DNA from: Bugula neritina
Taxonomy: Eukaryota; Animalia; Bryozoa
Length of the DNA: 64,000 nt
Direction: 5' to 3'
Assembly (NCBI GenBank): GCA_964035545.1
Contig: OZ037771.1
Location: 1,065,628-1,129,627, forward strand
The notes under the pieces were generated by a model that was given only the letters and a program-made list of their open reading frames with translations, was not told the DNA's origin and did no database searches. Every line of letters starts with the position of its first letter. Position 1 is the stretch's first letter. Positions 61,791-64,000 of the stretch are shown one piece after another. The translations under genes and the position numbers were made by a program.

Positions 61791-62997
61791 CCTTTGATTA
61801 TGTTAGCCTGCTATTGCCTATATACTACATAGAGAGGTCTGCAATAACGGGCTGCCATACATTAATAATTTATAAGCAGCATCGAGTTGGGGGGTGACTG
61901 AGTTTAGTAGTTTGCAGGTTCTTGAGTTCGAAGTTTCCACAAACCCCCAAACTGAGAATTTCAAACTATTGCACTCATTCACCCTCAACTCGGAGCTGCT
62001 TATAGGACCATTTGCCATGCATCGCCCTATGGGTTAAATAAGTGAAGAAGTTCTTTGCAATCTTTGCTACTAGCTTAATGAAAATATTCATGGTGGTACA
62101 TTCAGGGAGTGTGTTTCCAGCAGTCTACCAATGCAGTTTCATAGCACCCAATTCCAAAATGTTGTAAGTGACTTGCATCTACCATGCAGTTATAATATAT
62201 AGACATATAGCCTATGCTATAGCAACATTGTAACATTTCATCAACATGCAATTTTACACACAGCTATCTAAGATAATGAGTAGGTACTATGATGAAGATC
62301 TTTGATTTATTGTTTATATTATAATCAACTTCAATACTAATCAATAAATATTAATAAAAAAAAGTAAAAAATTACTAGCAACTCTACAAAAACGAAACTC
62401 TGATTATAGTTGAAAAAGAAATATAAATGCAAGAGAAGCTAGCAGCAAGTTAAATATCAGTCAAATCGTTGTACAGAATCAGGGATTTGATCTTCAGAAA
62501 GTGTAAGATAACCAGAAACGAAGAGTATGAACATGCTGTACAAGAAAACATCAAAATACTCCTAATAACAGTTCAGATGAAAATAATAATCAACAAAATA
62601 TATACTAATTGCTTATTCAGAAGAAGTGGTGAACATTAGACAATGCAAAATCCTGGTTAAATAAGAGGCATGCATCAACGTCTGCATCAACGTCTGCATC
62701 AACGTCAGCACCAATGTCTGCAGTGACATCCTTATGATATGTAGTAGGCTGTAGGTACATCGTACACACAAGTGAACCTAATTAAATGAATATTCATCTT
62801 AAACTAAGTAAGCTATGTACAATAACAAGTCCAAACACTATGTTGAAGCATTACTTAAAATGTATCATCATTTTCAGCAGTCAACTGTCCATAAAGCTCT
62901 GCAGAGGAATTATGACTGATTGTGTAACGAGTAATGTGATTGGCTGTGTCAAATTTGATGTCATGGGTAGACCGTGCAATTGGCTACACCAGTTTGA

Positions 62998-64000
62998 TTA
63001 ACGGTGATGAGATGTTGCAGATGTGCTGTTCATCACAGCGCTGTAAGCATTCCTTATAAGGACATAGGGAAAGCACGACTCCAACAAGTCCATGCTCAGC
63101 ACCTACAAGGAGAGGATTATATTACTATGTTTCTATATTACTATATTATATTACTGCATCATCATATTACATTTCTATATTACTATATTATACTACTGTA
63201 TCAACATACTATATTTTTATATTACTATATTATACTACTGTATCAACATACTATATTTCTATATTACTATACTATTATAGAACTGCAGTACATACATTTG
63301 ACTCCTGTACAATAATATAGAGGAGTAGATAGACAGACTCTCTTGTTCGAATAGCCTCTTTTTCATTCTCCTGGCCAAGTCGCAGCAAACTAGAAGAGGC
63401 CAAGGCTAGAAACTCTTTCAGTCTCTCCTCCACATCATTGTCTCTTGAGTGAACGAGAAACAGAGCCTGTGCAAGCTGGTTGATAGCTCGGGCTACAGAT
63501 ATACAACATCCTAGTGATGTACCCGCTGTTGCAGCATGTGGTGGTGCAGATACCCACCCATACAGTGAGTGTTACAGTTCTGAGGCTAACAGATACTCAC
63601 CCATACAGTGAGTGTTGTTGGCGTGACCCTGGAGACTTGGTTCAAATGCCGAGTTCCCCGTAGCGGCACGTCTAGGAATGATGACGGCAACAAACACCAT
63701 GAGGAGACAGGCCAGAGTGTACTGGTCCTCTCCCCCCTCCGGTTTCTGGTTGCGTATGGCTGCCACGAGCAGCGGGTCAACAGAACATTCGAACCCTACA
63801 GATACGATGACATGAATACTACAAGATATATAAATACTACACGTGATGTAATATGACACAACTGGACAGGTGAGTTACACAGTATAATATGACACAACTA
63901 GACAGGTGAGTTACACAGTATACTATGACATAACTGGACAGGCACACAAAGAGAAGCCCACCTGCTGAGCCTGCCATCTCCGTCACGTATATACTGTCAG
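62998..64000 (-). CDS. NCKAP1: Nck-associated protein 1 (Hem/kette, WAVE complex), 3' end. Exons: 63962->64000, 63601-63795, 63296-63492, 62998-63102
   Basis: [88 protein letters not shown] matches the NCKAP1 C-terminus. Minus-strand AATAAA near 62306. Confidence 0.95.
63118..63280. repeat. ~42-bp AT-rich minisatellite in the last NCKAP1 intron
   Basis: About 4 copies. Confidence 0.88.
63848..63942. repeat. 36-bp repeat (ATATGACACAACTGGACAGGTGAGTTACACAGTATA), ~2.5 copies
   Basis: Direct inspection. Confidence 0.85.

Overview
Eukaryotic, intron-rich animal genomic DNA (AT-rich introns, GT-AG junctions, many intronic minisatellites). The gene and intron style suggests a lophotrochozoan-type invertebrate, but that is inference. 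Left to right: (1) the 3' half of a TEP1 (telomerase/vault-associated) WD40 gene on +, ending at 8657; (2) two apparently spliced non-coding units converging on a 62-bp dimeric tandem array (about 9.6-18.5 kb); (3) a complete alpha-N-acetylgalactosaminidase (NAGA, GH27) gene on +, 19302-21672; (4) a muscleblind (mbl/MBNL) gene on -, coding exons 24793-44244, with a probable promoter near 61.7 kb; (5) the 3' end of NCKAP1/Hem/kette on -. Main discoveries from manual splicing: the muscleblind model has SIX CCCH zinc fingers in three tandem pairs (the third pair is absent from the ORF track); a phase-locked pair of mutually exclusive exons; a degenerate ZnF3; candidate cassette/poison exons splitting ZnF2; a circRNA-type first coding exon whose circular ORF stops exactly on its own start codon, followed by 12 tandem copies of a U1-snRNA-5'-end-like sequence; and a 110-nt G.U-rich hairpin beside the putative mbl promoter. 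Most ORF-track entries are artefacts of tandem repeats. All exon models come from manual reading and need RNA-seq confirmation.
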